DNA from: Candidatus Aenigmatarchaeota archaeon
Lineage (GTDB): Archaea > Aenigmatarchaeota > Aenigmatarchaeia > CG10238-14 > SpSt-28
Length of the DNA: 64,000 nucleotides
NCBI GenBank assembly: GCA_018920305.1
Contig: JAHLMO010000002.1
Location: 7,580-71,579, forward strand
Direction of reading: 5' to 3'
A program made the position numbers and the translations under genes. The notes beneath the pieces are model-generated. The model saw only the letters and a program-made list of their open reading frames with translations. It did no database searches and was not told the DNA's origin. Shown here in pieces: positions 39,548-49,031 of this stretch; the stretch's first letter is position 1, and each line of letters opens with the position of its first letter.

Positions 39548-39645
39548 GAATAAAATATTATGCCAAGAGGTTGTAAATCAAAAAAGAAATCTAAATAAGT
39601 TTCAGTAATCTATATACTTCAACTTGTCCTTTCTTTTTTTCTTTT

Positions 39646-40296
39646 TTAAATCGAATCAAAATATTTTAGTATCAAATTTTCAATATTCTTCTCATTTAGT
39701 CCTTTACTCATTAAGAAAAACTTTTGATCATAATCTAATCTAATTATTTTAGAAGAATGAAAAGCTTTTGAACTATCATTTTCAACGTTTATTATAGGAA
39801 TAGAAACTAATATCGAATTGTCTTTTAAATAAAAAACTTTGTGTAGGTTAGCTATAGAATTTATTGATTCTTCTTTTATTTCTATATTACCTATTGAAAC
39901 TAATTTTTTAGTAACGAAAAGTTTCATATTAGAATTAATATAACTATTTGAATTTGGAGTTAACTTAAGATAAATATATCCTTCTTTTGCTTTTCCATAA
40001 AGAAAATAATTTATATTTCCTATCGAAAATATTTCATCAATTAAAATAAATGAATTTGATTTGGTTTTTATATAAATATTCGAATCTGAAGCAAAAATTT
40101 TTCTAATAACTATACTATTTCTTATGTTAGAATAAAAATTACAATTTTCTATCTTCAATTTTTCTTCGTATAGAGCGTTTTTAGTGTATAGATAAGTTTT
40201 ATCACTATTAATTTTTAATTCTCTACTTATTTTTTCTCTATACTTAATTTTATTTACATCTAAATACTTTCCAAATTTATTAACCAAAGCCTCCAT
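39646..40296 (-). CDS. sufD: SufD-like Fe-S assembly protein (truncated, 216 aa)
   Basis: C-terminal FFLMSKGLNEKNIENLILKYF parallels SufB FFLTSKGINENKAKELIFFGF; downstream of sufB with overlap. Confidence 0.45.
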   Translation of the reverse strand: MEALVNKFGKYLDVNKIKYREKISRELKINSDKTYLYTKNALYEEKLKIENCNFYSNIRNSIVIRKIFASDSNIYIKTKSNSFILIDEIFSIGNINYFLYGKAKEGYIYLKLTPNSNSYINSNMKLFVTKKLVSIGNIEIKEESINSIANLHKVFYLKDNSILVSIPIINVENDSSKAFHSSKIIRLDYDQKFFLMSKGLNEKNIENLILKYFDSI

Positions 40297-41683
40297 ACTC
40301 TTCTAAATTAATAGAAAGTATCTTTTTCAACTCTAACTTAAAAAAATCAGGTAAGTAATTAATGATATCATCTATAAATCCGAAAAATATTAATTCTTTT
40401 GCCTTATTTTCATTAATACCTTTAGAAGTTAAAAAGAAAATTTTTTCATTATCTATAATTTCGTTTTTACCTTCATGATTAAAATAACATTTATTTTCGT
40501 TAACTACTATTCTTGGTATAGTTTCTACTTTACCACTATCTATAGAAAGAGAGTCGCACTTAGAAATTACAATAGAGTTTTCAGAGTTCTTGTTGATAAA
40601 TATATCAAATCTGCTTGTTGATTTAGCATTTTCTCCAATAGCAATACCCTTGGAAATTATTAATCCTTTTGAATTTTTTCCATTAAAAATTAATTTTCCT
40701 CCACTATCAATGTGTTGATTATTATGAGCTATAGAAAGATTATATATTTCACCTAAACAATTATTGTTCAAAATTAAAGAAGGATAAAGCATTGTAACTT
40801 TACTTCCTAACTCTATAGAAGTCCATTGAACTTTTGAATAATCTTCTAAATATGCTCTTTTAGTAACTAAATTATATACATTTTTAGACCAGTTTTGTAT
40901 TGTATAATACTTTACTTTAGATCCTTTTTTTGCAATAACTTCAACTACTGCAGCATGTAAAGATGCTATCGAATATATAGAAGCACTACAACCTTCTACA
41001 TAGTTTACTTCGCTATTTTCATCTGCAATAATTAGTGTTCTTTCGAATTGACCCATTTTTTCTAAATTAACTCTAAAATATGCGTGAAGAGGAAATTCTA
41101 ATTTTACATCTTTTGGTATATAGATAAATACTCCTCCACTCCATACTGCAGTATTCAATGCAGCAAACTTGTTTTCATAGGGACTTACAATTTTGCCAAA
41201 ATATTTTTTAACAAGTTTTGGATAATTAATTACTGCTTCATCTAAGCTAGTAAATATAATTCCAAATTCTTCTAATTTTTCTCTTATTTTTTTAAATATA
41301 GGGATTGAATCGAATTGAAATTCGATTCCAGCTAAAATTTCAATTTCTTTTTTTGATAAACCCAATTTAATAAAAGTTTCTTTTATAAAACTTGGTAATT
41401 CATCCCAACTTCTTGGTTTTGGATATAGTGGAGAGGAAAAGTAGTTTATTTCATCAAAATTTATTTCTATTTTGGGTCCAAAATTAGGCATAGGTAACTT
41501 CTTAAATGCTCTAAAACCTTCCAATCTTTTCTTAAGCATCCATTTTGGTTCATTTTTTATTTCTGAAATTTCTTTAATTTTTTCTTCATCTAAAGGACCT
41601 TTAATTATTTTTTCTGGAATATAATTTGAGCTAAACCAATCTTTCTCTTTTAATTTTTCTATATCTTTAAATATTGAAACCAT
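40280..41683 (-). CDS. sufB: Fe-S cluster assembly protein SufB
   Basis: SufB family; 467 aa; overlaps sufC and sufD. Confidence 0.85.
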   Translation of the reverse strand: MVSIFKDIEKLKEKDWFSSNYIPEKIIKGPLDEEKIKEISEIKNEPKWMLKKRLEGFRAFKKLPMPNFGPKIEINFDEINYFSSPLYPKPRSWDELPSFIKETFIKLGLSKKEIEILAGIEFQFDSIPIFKKIREKLEEFGIIFTSLDEAVINYPKLVKKYFGKIVSPYENKFAALNTAVWSGGVFIYIPKDVKLEFPLHAYFRVNLEKMGQFERTLIIADENSEVNYVEGCSASIYSIASLHAAVVEVIAKKGSKVKYYTIQNWSKNVYNLVTKRAYLEDYSKVQWTSIELGSKVTMLYPSLILNNNCLGEIYNLSIAHNNQHIDSGGKLIFNGKNSKGLIISKGIAIGENAKSTSRFDIFINKNSENSIVISKCDSLSIDSGKVETIPRIVVNENKCYFNHEGKNEIIDNEKIFFLTSKGINENKAKELIFFGFIDDIINYLPDFFKLELKKILSINLEEYGGFG

Positions 41684-42359
41684 TTTTCTTAATTATTTCT
41701 AAAACTTCTTTATTACATTCTTTTTTTATTTCCCCATTCACTAAAACAAAGAATTTCTTTATGTTCATTCTTTCTAGAAAGTTTACATTATGAGAAATAA
41801 TTAAAAAAGTTTTTCCATTTCTTAGTTCATTTTCTATAAAATTTATTAAATAATCTATAGACTGAATGTCTAATCCAGAATCTATTTCATCAAAAATTAT
41901 TAGTTTTGGATTTAATAGTTTAATTAGCAGCAATTCAAATTTCTTTTTTTCTCCACCAGAAAATCTTTCATTGATTCCTCTTTCTAGGAAATCTTTTGGT
42001 AAGGATAATTCTTCTCCTATTTTTTTAATTTCTTCTAATTTTTTGAATCCTAAATATTTTAAAAATTGAAATGTTTTTATATATTCTATTTCTGGTTGCT
42101 GTTGCATTGAAAGATAAATACCTAATTTAGCTATTTTGTCTGTTTCTAAATTTGTAATATCTATATCTTCAAAAAAAATTTTACCACTTTTTTCGATTAG
42201 TTTATCGTTTAATATGCATCTAGCTAAAATTGTTTTTCCGCTTCCATTTGGACCTATAATTGCAGATATACTATTTTTATCTATTTCGAAAGAAATATCT
42301 TTTAGAATAACTTTATTTTCTATTTTTGCGCTTAAATTTTTAACTCTAAGCATCTTCAT
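41667..42359 (-). CDS. sufC: Fe-S cluster assembly ATPase SufC
   Basis: ABC ATPase: Walker A GPNGSGKT, signature FSGGEKKK, Walker B IIFDEIDSGLD. Confidence 0.85.
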   Translation of the reverse strand: MKMLRVKNLSAKIENKVILKDISFEIDKNSISAIIGPNGSGKTILARCILNDKLIEKSGKIFFEDIDITNLETDKIAKLGIYLSMQQQPEIEYIKTFQFLKYLGFKKLEEIKKIGEELSLPKDFLERGINERFSGGEKKKFELLLIKLLNPKLIIFDEIDSGLDIQSIDYLINFIENELRNGKTFLIISHNVNFLERMNIKKFFVLVNGEIKKECNKEVLEIIKKNGFNI

Positions 42360-42404
42360 AATATAACACTGTTATAATAAAATATTTATATATTTTATTA
42401 TTTT

Positions 42405-42641
42405 ATGAAACTTAGAGAAATTTGTGGGGGTGCTTTTTCATTAAAATTTGATAAAGAGATTGAAATTGAAAAAATAGCTAATCTTTTCAAAGATTATAAA
42501 ATTGTTATTAAAAATGAGGATTCAATAAAATTGAGTAAAAAAGAAAAAGAAATTTTAATTTTTAAATATGGGGAAATACTTTTTTATAATTTTAAAAAAG
42601 ATGAGATTTTTGAAATCTTAGAAATTATAAAAAATGTTTGA
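42405..42641 (+). CDS. Hypothetical small protein upstream of sufS
   Basis: ORF only. Confidence 0.2.
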   Translation: MKLREICGGAFSLKFDKEIEIEKIANLFKDYKIVIKNEDSIKLSKKEKEILIFKYGEILFYNFKKDEIFEILEIIKNV

Positions 42642-43860
42642 TGTAGAAAAAATAAGAGAAGAATTTCCAGTATTGAAAAGAAAAATTAATAATAAAAAGC
42701 TAATTTATTTTGATAACGCTGCTTCCACTCAAAAACCAAAAGCTGTAATAGAAAAAATAAAAGAAATATATGAAAATTGCTATGCAAATATACATAGAGG
42801 AATTCATACTCTAAGTCAAGAGTTAAGTGATGAATATGAAAATGCTCGTAAAATAGTTGCAAATTTTGTAAATTCAAATTTTGAAGAAATAATTTTTACA
42901 AGAAATACTACTGAATCTATAAATTTAATCGCATATTCTTATGCATTAAAAAATTTAAACAAAAATGACGAAATAATAATAAGTGTGATGGAACATCATT
43001 CAAATATTTTACCATGGCAGTTTGTATCTAAAAAAGTTGGTTGTAAGCTTACTTATGTTAGTCTGAATAAAGATTATAAAATAAATGTAGAGGAGTTTAA
43101 GGAAAAAATAAACAGAAATACTAAAGTTGTTTCTATAACTCATATTTCAAATGTTTTAGGAAGTATTAACGATATAGAAGAAATTATTAAGATTTCTCAT
43201 GAAAATGAAGCAATAGTTATAATAGATGCTGCGCAAAGTGCTCCTCATACTAAAATAGATGTTAAGAAATTGGATGCAGACTTCTTAGTATTTAGTTCTC
43301 ATAAAATGCTCGGTCCTACAGGTATAGGTATTTTATATGGAAAAAAAGATATTTTAGAAGAAATGGAACCATTTTTATTTGGTGGGGATATGATTAAGGA
43401 TGTTGATTTTTATTCGGCAATATGGAATGATTTACCATGGAAATTTGAAGCAGGCACACCTAATATAGTAGATGCTATAGCTTTTGCTGAAGCAGTTAAA
43501 TTTTTAGAAAACATTGGAATGGAAAATATCGAAAAATATTTAAATGAATTAACTAAATATTTCTTAGATAGATTTAGCGAACTTAGAAAATTTAAATTAG
43601 TTGGCAGCAGGAATTACAAAAATAGAGCTCCAATATTTTCTTTTATACATGATTATTTGAAGTCGCATGAAATAGCAAAGTTATTAGATTTAGAAGGTAT
43701 AGCAGTAAGAAGTGGATATCATTGTGCACATCCACTAATGAAATATCTTAATCTCTTTGAAAGTGGCGGAACTGTAAGAGCAAGTTTATATTTGTATAAT
43801 ACAAAAGAAGAGATATCTTATTTTTTTGATATTCTCAAAAAAATAGAAAATAACTATTAA
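42634..43860 (+). CDS. sufS: Cysteine desulfurase SufS (class V aminotransferase)
   Basis: PLP-Lys SSHKMLGPTGIG; catalytic Cys loop RSGYHCAHPL. Confidence 0.85.
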   Translation: MFDVEKIREEFPVLKRKINNKKLIYFDNAASTQKPKAVIEKIKEIYENCYANIHRGIHTLSQELSDEYENARKIVANFVNSNFEEIIFTRNTTESINLIAYSYALKNLNKNDEIIISVMEHHSNILPWQFVSKKVGCKLTYVSLNKDYKINVEEFKEKINRNTKVVSITHISNVLGSINDIEEIIKISHENEAIVIIDAAQSAPHTKIDVKKLDADFLVFSSHKMLGPTGIGILYGKKDILEEMEPFLFGGDMIKDVDFYSAIWNDLPWKFEAGTPNIVDAIAFAEAVKFLENIGMENIEKYLNELTKYFLDRFSELRKFKLVGSRNYKNRAPIFSFIHDYLKSHEIAKLLDLEGIAVRSGYHCAHPLMKYLNLFESGGTVRASLYLYNTKEEISYFFDILKKIENNY

Positions 43861-43945
43861 TTAAACTTAAAAATTTTAAGTTAGTATTATTGCGTGCAAT
43901 AAAGATTGTAATAGAATTTTTTCTAAATTTATATAAAATTAGCAT

Positions 43946-44911
43946 ATGAGTTTTACTGAAAAATGGAAATTTCTAACTTATGGAACAAATTTAGAAAAAT
44001 GTCCAATTTTTTTAGCTTCTTCTAATGGCAAAAAAATTCCATTATTAAAAACACTACTTTCTAATTCTTGTATAAATAACTGTTTATTTTGTCCATATAG
44101 AAACGAAAGAAGAATTACACGAACTATTTGGAAAAAAGAAGAATTAGTAAATTTAACAATAAAATTAACTAGGGCTAAGAAAATTAATGGATTGTTTTTA
44201 TCTAGTGGAATAATAAAAGATCCTATTTTAACTTCAGAAAAACAAATAGAGATAGTAGAAGAGCTAAGAAAATTAAATTACAATAACTATATTCATCTAA
44301 CATTAATGCCAGGAATCGATATAGAATTGATGAAAAGAGCTGTAGAATTGGCTAATAGAGTAGGAATAAATATTGAATTTCCTTCACAACAATATTATGA
44401 TGAAGTTAAATTATACTTATCTTTTAAGCAAGATGTATTGAAAAGATTAAAATTATTAAGTAGAATTGTTGAATATTATAGAAAAAGAGGCAAAAAAATT
44501 GATTTAGTAACACAATTTATAGTAGGAGTAAAAGAAGAAAGCGATAAAGAAATATTGGAAACTACAGAATACTTATATAGAAAATTAAATCTAAAAAGAG
44601 TTTATTATTCAGCTTTTGAACCAATAGAAAATACTCCACTAGAAAATAAAAAACCAGAAAGTAAGGAAAGAGAAAAAAGACTTTATAGAGCAAGTTTTCT
44701 TATAAGAGATTATAAACTTAGCTATAAAGATTTTGAATATGACGAAAACGGAAATTTAATGTATAGCGATCCAAAAAAATCTTTGAAGCCAGAAATAAAA
44801 GAAAAATATAATTTTAACGATCTACTCAAATTTGAAAAATTTGGAATAAAAAGAGCTTTTCGATTGAATAATAATTATAGCTTGATAAAATTTTTATCTA
44901 CTCCTTCTTAA
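43946..44911 (+). CDS. Radical SAM protein of unknown function
   Basis: CxxxCxxC (SCINNCLFCPY); 321 aa. Confidence 0.5.
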   Translation: MSFTEKWKFLTYGTNLEKCPIFLASSNGKKIPLLKTLLSNSCINNCLFCPYRNERRITRTIWKKEELVNLTIKLTRAKKINGLFLSSGIIKDPILTSEKQIEIVEELRKLNYNNYIHLTLMPGIDIELMKRAVELANRVGINIEFPSQQYYDEVKLYLSFKQDVLKRLKLLSRIVEYYRKRGKKIDLVTQFIVGVKEESDKEILETTEYLYRKLNLKRVYYSAFEPIENTPLENKKPESKEREKRLYRASFLIRDYKLSYKDFEYDENGNLMYSDPKKSLKPEIKEKYNFNDLLKFEKFGIKRAFRLNNNYSLIKFLSTPS

Positions 44912-45269
44912 GAAATCTTTCTATTTTTCTTTTATTTTTTGGGCTTTGAAAACCAAGTTCCAAAGCAAAATTATAAATTAAAATAGATGTATAAATTAAA
45001 AAAGAAATTCCTATAATTGCAAAAATTGTTTGAAAAAGAGCAACATATAAACTTATTTGAGCTTCATAAAAAAATAAAGATAAAATATTTGAAATAAAAT
45101 AGAGTAAAATGAAAAAAATTGAAAGGAACAAATTTTTTAAAATTTTTCTCATTTCTTTCGAAATAAAATAGTTTGAAGAGAAAATAAATAAAATTAAAGA
45201 TTCTAAAGCTCCAATTATTAAGCTTAAAATGCTTAATAATATTAGATACGTTATTATTTCATTAGCCAT
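44898..45269 (-). CDS. Small polytopic membrane protein
   Basis: Hydrophobic, ~4 TM. Confidence 0.3.
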   Translation of the reverse strand: MANEIITYLILLSILSLIIGALESLILFIFSSNYFISKEMRKILKNLFLSIFFILLYFISNILSLFFYEAQISLYVALFQTIFAIIGISFLIYTSILIYNFALELGFQSPKNKRKIERFLKKE

Positions 45270-45297
45270 AAAAATAATAATAAAAATATTAATCTAA

Positions 45298-45909
45298 TCA
45301 TTTTTCAATCAAAACGAAAATTTCGTCAACTAGATATTTTATATCTTCAATAATTGATTCTTTTTCCTTTGAGAAGATAAAAATTCCCAAGGTTTTAAAC
45401 ATCTTTAATTTTGATACAAAAAAATGAAAAAATTTGAGAAATTTTTCTCTATCAACATAAAGAAGTATTGAATCCAAAGAATCAAAAACTATAAAAACAT
45501 TTCTAGTTTCTTTAAAAGAAGAAGAAATTTCAAGAAATAATATTCCTAATTCTGTTAAATTAAAAGGTGAATTTAACATTATTACATTTTCTAGTTTTTC
45601 TTCTATTTTAACTTTAGACGAAACTAAAATTTCTGGAGAAGAAACATAAACGTATTGAGATATAACATCTATAAATAAAATATTTGAAAGATTTATTCCA
45701 AAACTTTTAAATATTTCAATTAAATAATTTGAAGGATTTCTTATAGAAATATAAATACATTTCATTTTTTTATCATTAACTAAATGCTTAATTATTTTAG
45801 CTATTTGTTGATCAAGATTTAAACCACTCCAATCCTTAAAATTTAATAATATTATTTTCGAATTTACAAACTTTTCAACAATTTTTTTAATATCTGCTCT
45901 TTCATCCAT
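45298..45909 (-). CDS. Hypothetical protein, possibly a degenerate (P-loop-less) KaiC/RecA-like domain
   Basis: Similar size and hydrophobic-strand pattern to the adjacent KaiC-like ATPase but no Walker A; weak. Confidence 0.25.
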   Translation of the reverse strand: MDERADIKKIVEKFVNSKIILLNFKDWSGLNLDQQIAKIIKHLVNDKKMKCIYISIRNPSNYLIEIFKSFGINLSNILFIDVISQYVYVSSPEILVSSKVKIEEKLENVIMLNSPFNLTELGILFLEISSSFKETRNVFIVFDSLDSILLYVDREKFLKFFHFFVSKLKMFKTLGIFIFSKEKESIIEDIKYLVDEIFVLIEK

Positions 45910-45937
45910 AAATAAATTGATTCTATTTAATTAGGAA

Positions 45938-46678
45938 TTAAAAAGAGGTTTCTATTAGCTTAATTCCTTCATTAGTTATATGAAATGGTAGGACAAATTC
46001 TACATGTTTACTTCTTCTCATCTTTAAAATTGTTAAAGTTCTCTTAAACTCTTTTGATTTTGGATTATATTCTAATTTTATTATACCATCAACGAGAAAT
46101 TCTAAAATACCTGAAATTGTTAATCTTTTAAATCTTTCTGAAGGCGATGAAGTTATTAAAGTTACAACACCTAAATTTTTTAATCTTTTTATAAAAAATG
46201 TTAGTGCAGTCCTTCTTAAATATTCGTCTTTAATAAAACTTTCTAATATCGAAATAGAATCTATTACTAATCTTTTTGCATTAATTTCTCTCACAGCTTT
46301 TTCTATTTTTTCAACTAAATTAAATATATAAAATTTAATAATTTTTCCTATTTCTTTTTCTGATTCAAAAACTTTTGGAGAAAATGATAATTCTGGTTCT
46401 AATTCCAATATTTTAAGCAATCTTTTTTGTTCAAATTCTTCTAAATTTATATTCATGCTTTCTAAAACATCTACTTTTAAATCTTCAGATCTTTGTTCAG
46501 TTAAAACTAAAATACAGCTTTCATTATTTTTTAAACCTTCTAATAAAAAATTGATGCAAAATATTGTTTTACCTGTTCCAGGATTTCCAGTAATTAATAT
46601 AATGGAATTTTTTGGAAAACCACCACCAATTTTTTCATCCAAACCTTTAATTCCACTTGAAATTCTCTGAATACTCAT
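45938..46678 (-). CDS. KaiC/RadB-like RecA-superfamily ATPase
   Basis: GIKGLDEKIGGGFPKNSIILITGNPGTGKTIFC. Confidence 0.65.
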   Translation of the reverse strand: MSIQRISSGIKGLDEKIGGGFPKNSIILITGNPGTGKTIFCINFLLEGLKNNESCILVLTEQRSEDLKVDVLESMNINLEEFEQKRLLKILELEPELSFSPKVFESEKEIGKIIKFYIFNLVEKIEKAVREINAKRLVIDSISILESFIKDEYLRRTALTFFIKRLKNLGVVTLITSSPSERFKRLTISGILEFLVDGIIKLEYNPKSKEFKRTLTILKMRRSKHVEFVLPFHITNEGIKLIETSF

Positions 46679-46712
46679 AAAAACTATATATTTAACTTAA
46701 ATTTGATAAATT

Positions 46713-47618
46713 ATGAATAATGAAATTGAAAAATATAGAAAAAAAGTTTTTAAAACTATTGAAAAATATAAACTTATAGAAAATAAAGATAGAATATTTG
46801 TTGCTATAAGTGGAGGAAAAGATAGCTCAGCTGCTTTATCTTTAATAAAAGAATATATTGAAGAAAAGAATTTAAATGCTAAAGTTTTTGCTTATCATAT
46901 TAATTTAGGCTTTGGATATTCAGATAGATTGGAAGAAGAAGTAGAAAAAATATGTGATTCTTTAGGTGTAGAACTTTACGTAACTAATGTAAAAAAAGAA
47001 TTTAATTTAAATATTTTGGAAATTTCAAAAATACTAAAAAGACCAATTTGTTCTATTTGCGGATTAATAAAAAGATACTTAATGAATAAGATTCCTAGAG
47101 AATTAGGAGCTACAAAAATAGCTACAGGACATCATATGTATGACATGCTAATAAATTATTATAAGAATTTAATACATGGAAATTTTGATTGGAATCTAAA
47201 AATTTTACCAAAGTTAAAAAGTGAACATCCTAAACAGCTAACAAAAATTAGACCATTAATATTTGCCTATCCACATGAAAACAAGATGTATTGTGAATAC
47301 AAAAATATACCGATAACGAAAATTAGCTGTCCATACTCTCCAAATTTTTGTTGTTATTTAAGTAGAAGAGAAGATTATAAAATCTTTCAAATTTTAGAGT
47401 TTTCAGATAAAAATTTTAATAATTTTAATTTAGAACTTATAAGAGGAATTACAAGATTCAATAAAAGAATCGAGAAAACTATAGAAGCTAAAAAAGAGAA
47501 TTATATGGAGTGTGAAATTTGTGGAGAGCCAACAAATCAAAAAATTTGTGGATTTTGTAAATTAAAATTGATCTATCAAAAACAAAATATGGATAACAAA
47601 ATATCTAATCTCTATTAA
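46713..47618 (+). CDS. PP-loop ATP pyrophosphatase, tRNA thiolation family (NcsA/TtcA-like) with C-terminal Zn finger
   Basis: PP-loop SGGKDS; C-terminal CEICG..CGFC. Confidence 0.6.
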   Translation: MNNEIEKYRKKVFKTIEKYKLIENKDRIFVAISGGKDSSAALSLIKEYIEEKNLNAKVFAYHINLGFGYSDRLEEEVEKICDSLGVELYVTNVKKEFNLNILEISKILKRPICSICGLIKRYLMNKIPRELGATKIATGHHMYDMLINYYKNLIHGNFDWNLKILPKLKSEHPKQLTKIRPLIFAYPHENKMYCEYKNIPITKISCPYSPNFCCYLSRREDYKIFQILEFSDKNFNNFNLELIRGITRFNKRIEKTIEAKKENYMECEICGEPTNQKICGFCKLKLIYQKQNMDNKISNLY

Positions 47619-47775
47619 GTCTCATTAAATCCTAATTTAATTGTTAAAAAGCATAGAAAATAAGAGATATGTTGTATATAAGAGATATTTATTATGCAAT
47701 AAAAGTTGAATTAAAAAAAGTTTAACTATTCAAAGATAAAGCATATTTCATAGATGTGTTTTGAAGAAATTAGTA

Positions 47776-47850
47776 TGCCCCGGGCGGGATTTGAACCCGC
47801 GACCTACGGCTTAGAAGGCCGCCGCTCTATCCTTGCTGAGCTACCGGGGC
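47776..47850 (-). tRNA. tRNA-Arg (anticodon UCU)
   Basis: GCCCCGGTAGCTCAGCAAGGATAGAGCGGCGGCCTTCTAAGCCGTAGGTCGCGGGTTCAAATCCCGCCCGGGGCA. Confidence 0.85.
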
Positions 47851-47965
47851 ATACTAATATTATTATTTTAATATTTAATTCTTAAAAGAGAAATAAAAGT
47901 TCAAAACAAGAACATAAATAATGAGATAAAAAATTGTGAGGAAAAGTTTTTCAAACAAAATTGTT

Positions 47966-48256
47966 CTATGAAAATAAAAATCCTAAACCTTCACTAGCTT
48001 TTAAGTTTTCTTCTTTAAATTTTTTGATTATTTTTTCTTCCAATTCTTCGTTAGGAATTTCTGTAAATTCTCGAATTAATTCTGTTGCAATTTTTATATA
48101 TTCTTCTGGTCCATCTAAAATTAGAGCAAATTTATCTTTAAGCTCTATGTCTTTTAATTCTCTAAAATAAATTGAAAGTATAGATAATTTTTCGTTTTTC
48201 TTTAAAATTTCTTCGACTTTCTCTAACTTAGTTTTTTCTAATATTAAAACTTTCAT
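47966..48256 (-). CDS. Hypothetical protein
   Basis: ORF only; directly downstream of the tRNA-binding protein gene. Confidence 0.25.
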   Translation of the reverse strand: MKVLILEKTKLEKVEEILKKNEKLSILSIYFRELKDIELKDKFALILDGPEEYIKIATELIREFTEIPNEELEEKIIKKFKEENLKASEGLGFLFS

Positions 48257-48257
48257 T

Positions 48258-48584
48258 CTATCTTATTCTACTTCCCTCCTTTATATCTTTTTCAGGAATT
48301 ATTAGAGAAAGATTTTTATTTTCATCTTCAACAGCTAAAATCATACATTCACTAATTTCTCCCATAAATTTCTTTTTTTCCAAATTAGTTACAAAAACAA
48401 ATTTTTTTCCTATTAAATCTTCTTTTTTGAAATAATTCTTTAATCCAGCTATTGCTTGTCTTTTCTCATTACCAAAATCTACTATAAGCTTTATTAAGTT
48501 TCTAGAATTTGGTATGTCTTGTACATCTATTACTTTTCCTATCTTCATTTCTATTTTTTTAAACTCATCAAAGCTTATTTCCAT
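48258..48584 (-). CDS. tRNA-binding domain protein (CsaA/Trbp111/EMAP-like)
   Basis: IGKVIDVQDIPNS..L..L.VDFG...RQI..GL...Y; OB-fold tRNA-binding domain. Confidence 0.7.
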   Translation of the reverse strand: MEISFDEFKKIEMKIGKVIDVQDIPNSRNLIKLIVDFGNEKRQAIAGLKNYFKKEDLIGKKFVFVTNLEKKKFMGEISECMILAVEDENKNLSLIIPEKDIKEGSRIR

Positions 48585-48609
48585 AATACTTAGTAAAAGG
48601 AATTTATTT

Positions 48610-49005
48610 ATGAAAAAATTTTATACAATAGGTCATAGCAATAGAAAATTGGAAGATTTTTTAAATTTACTTAAAAAATATAACATTGAAATATTGATAG
48701 ATGTTAGAAGATTTCCAAAAAGTAAAAAATTTCCGTGGTTTAATAAAGAAGTTTTAGAAAATGTTTTAAACAAAAATAATATTAAATATGTTCATTTAGA
48801 AAATCTTGGTGGTTTTAGAAAAGAAGGTTATGAAAAGTATATTAAAACTTATGAATTTAAAGAAGGATTTAAGAAACTTTTAGAATTTTCTAAAGATAAA
48901 AACGTTTGTATAATGTGTGCTGAAAAATTTTATTGGAAATGTCATAGGAAATTTATAATAAATGAACTTAAGAAACATAATATAAAAGTAATAAATATAA
49001 TTTAG
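48610..49005 (+). CDS. DUF488-family protein
   Basis: MKKFYTIGHSNR N-terminus. I moved the start to the internal ATG at 48610 to remove overlap with 48258..48584. Confidence 0.55.
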   Translation: MKKFYTIGHSNRKLEDFLNLLKKYNIEILIDVRRFPKSKKFPWFNKEVLENVLNKNNIKYVHLENLGGFRKEGYEKYIKTYEFKEGFKKLLEFSKDKNVCIMCAEKFYWKCHRKFIINELKKHNIKVINII

Positions 49006-49031
49006 CTATTTAGTTTTTAGAGAACAAAAAA

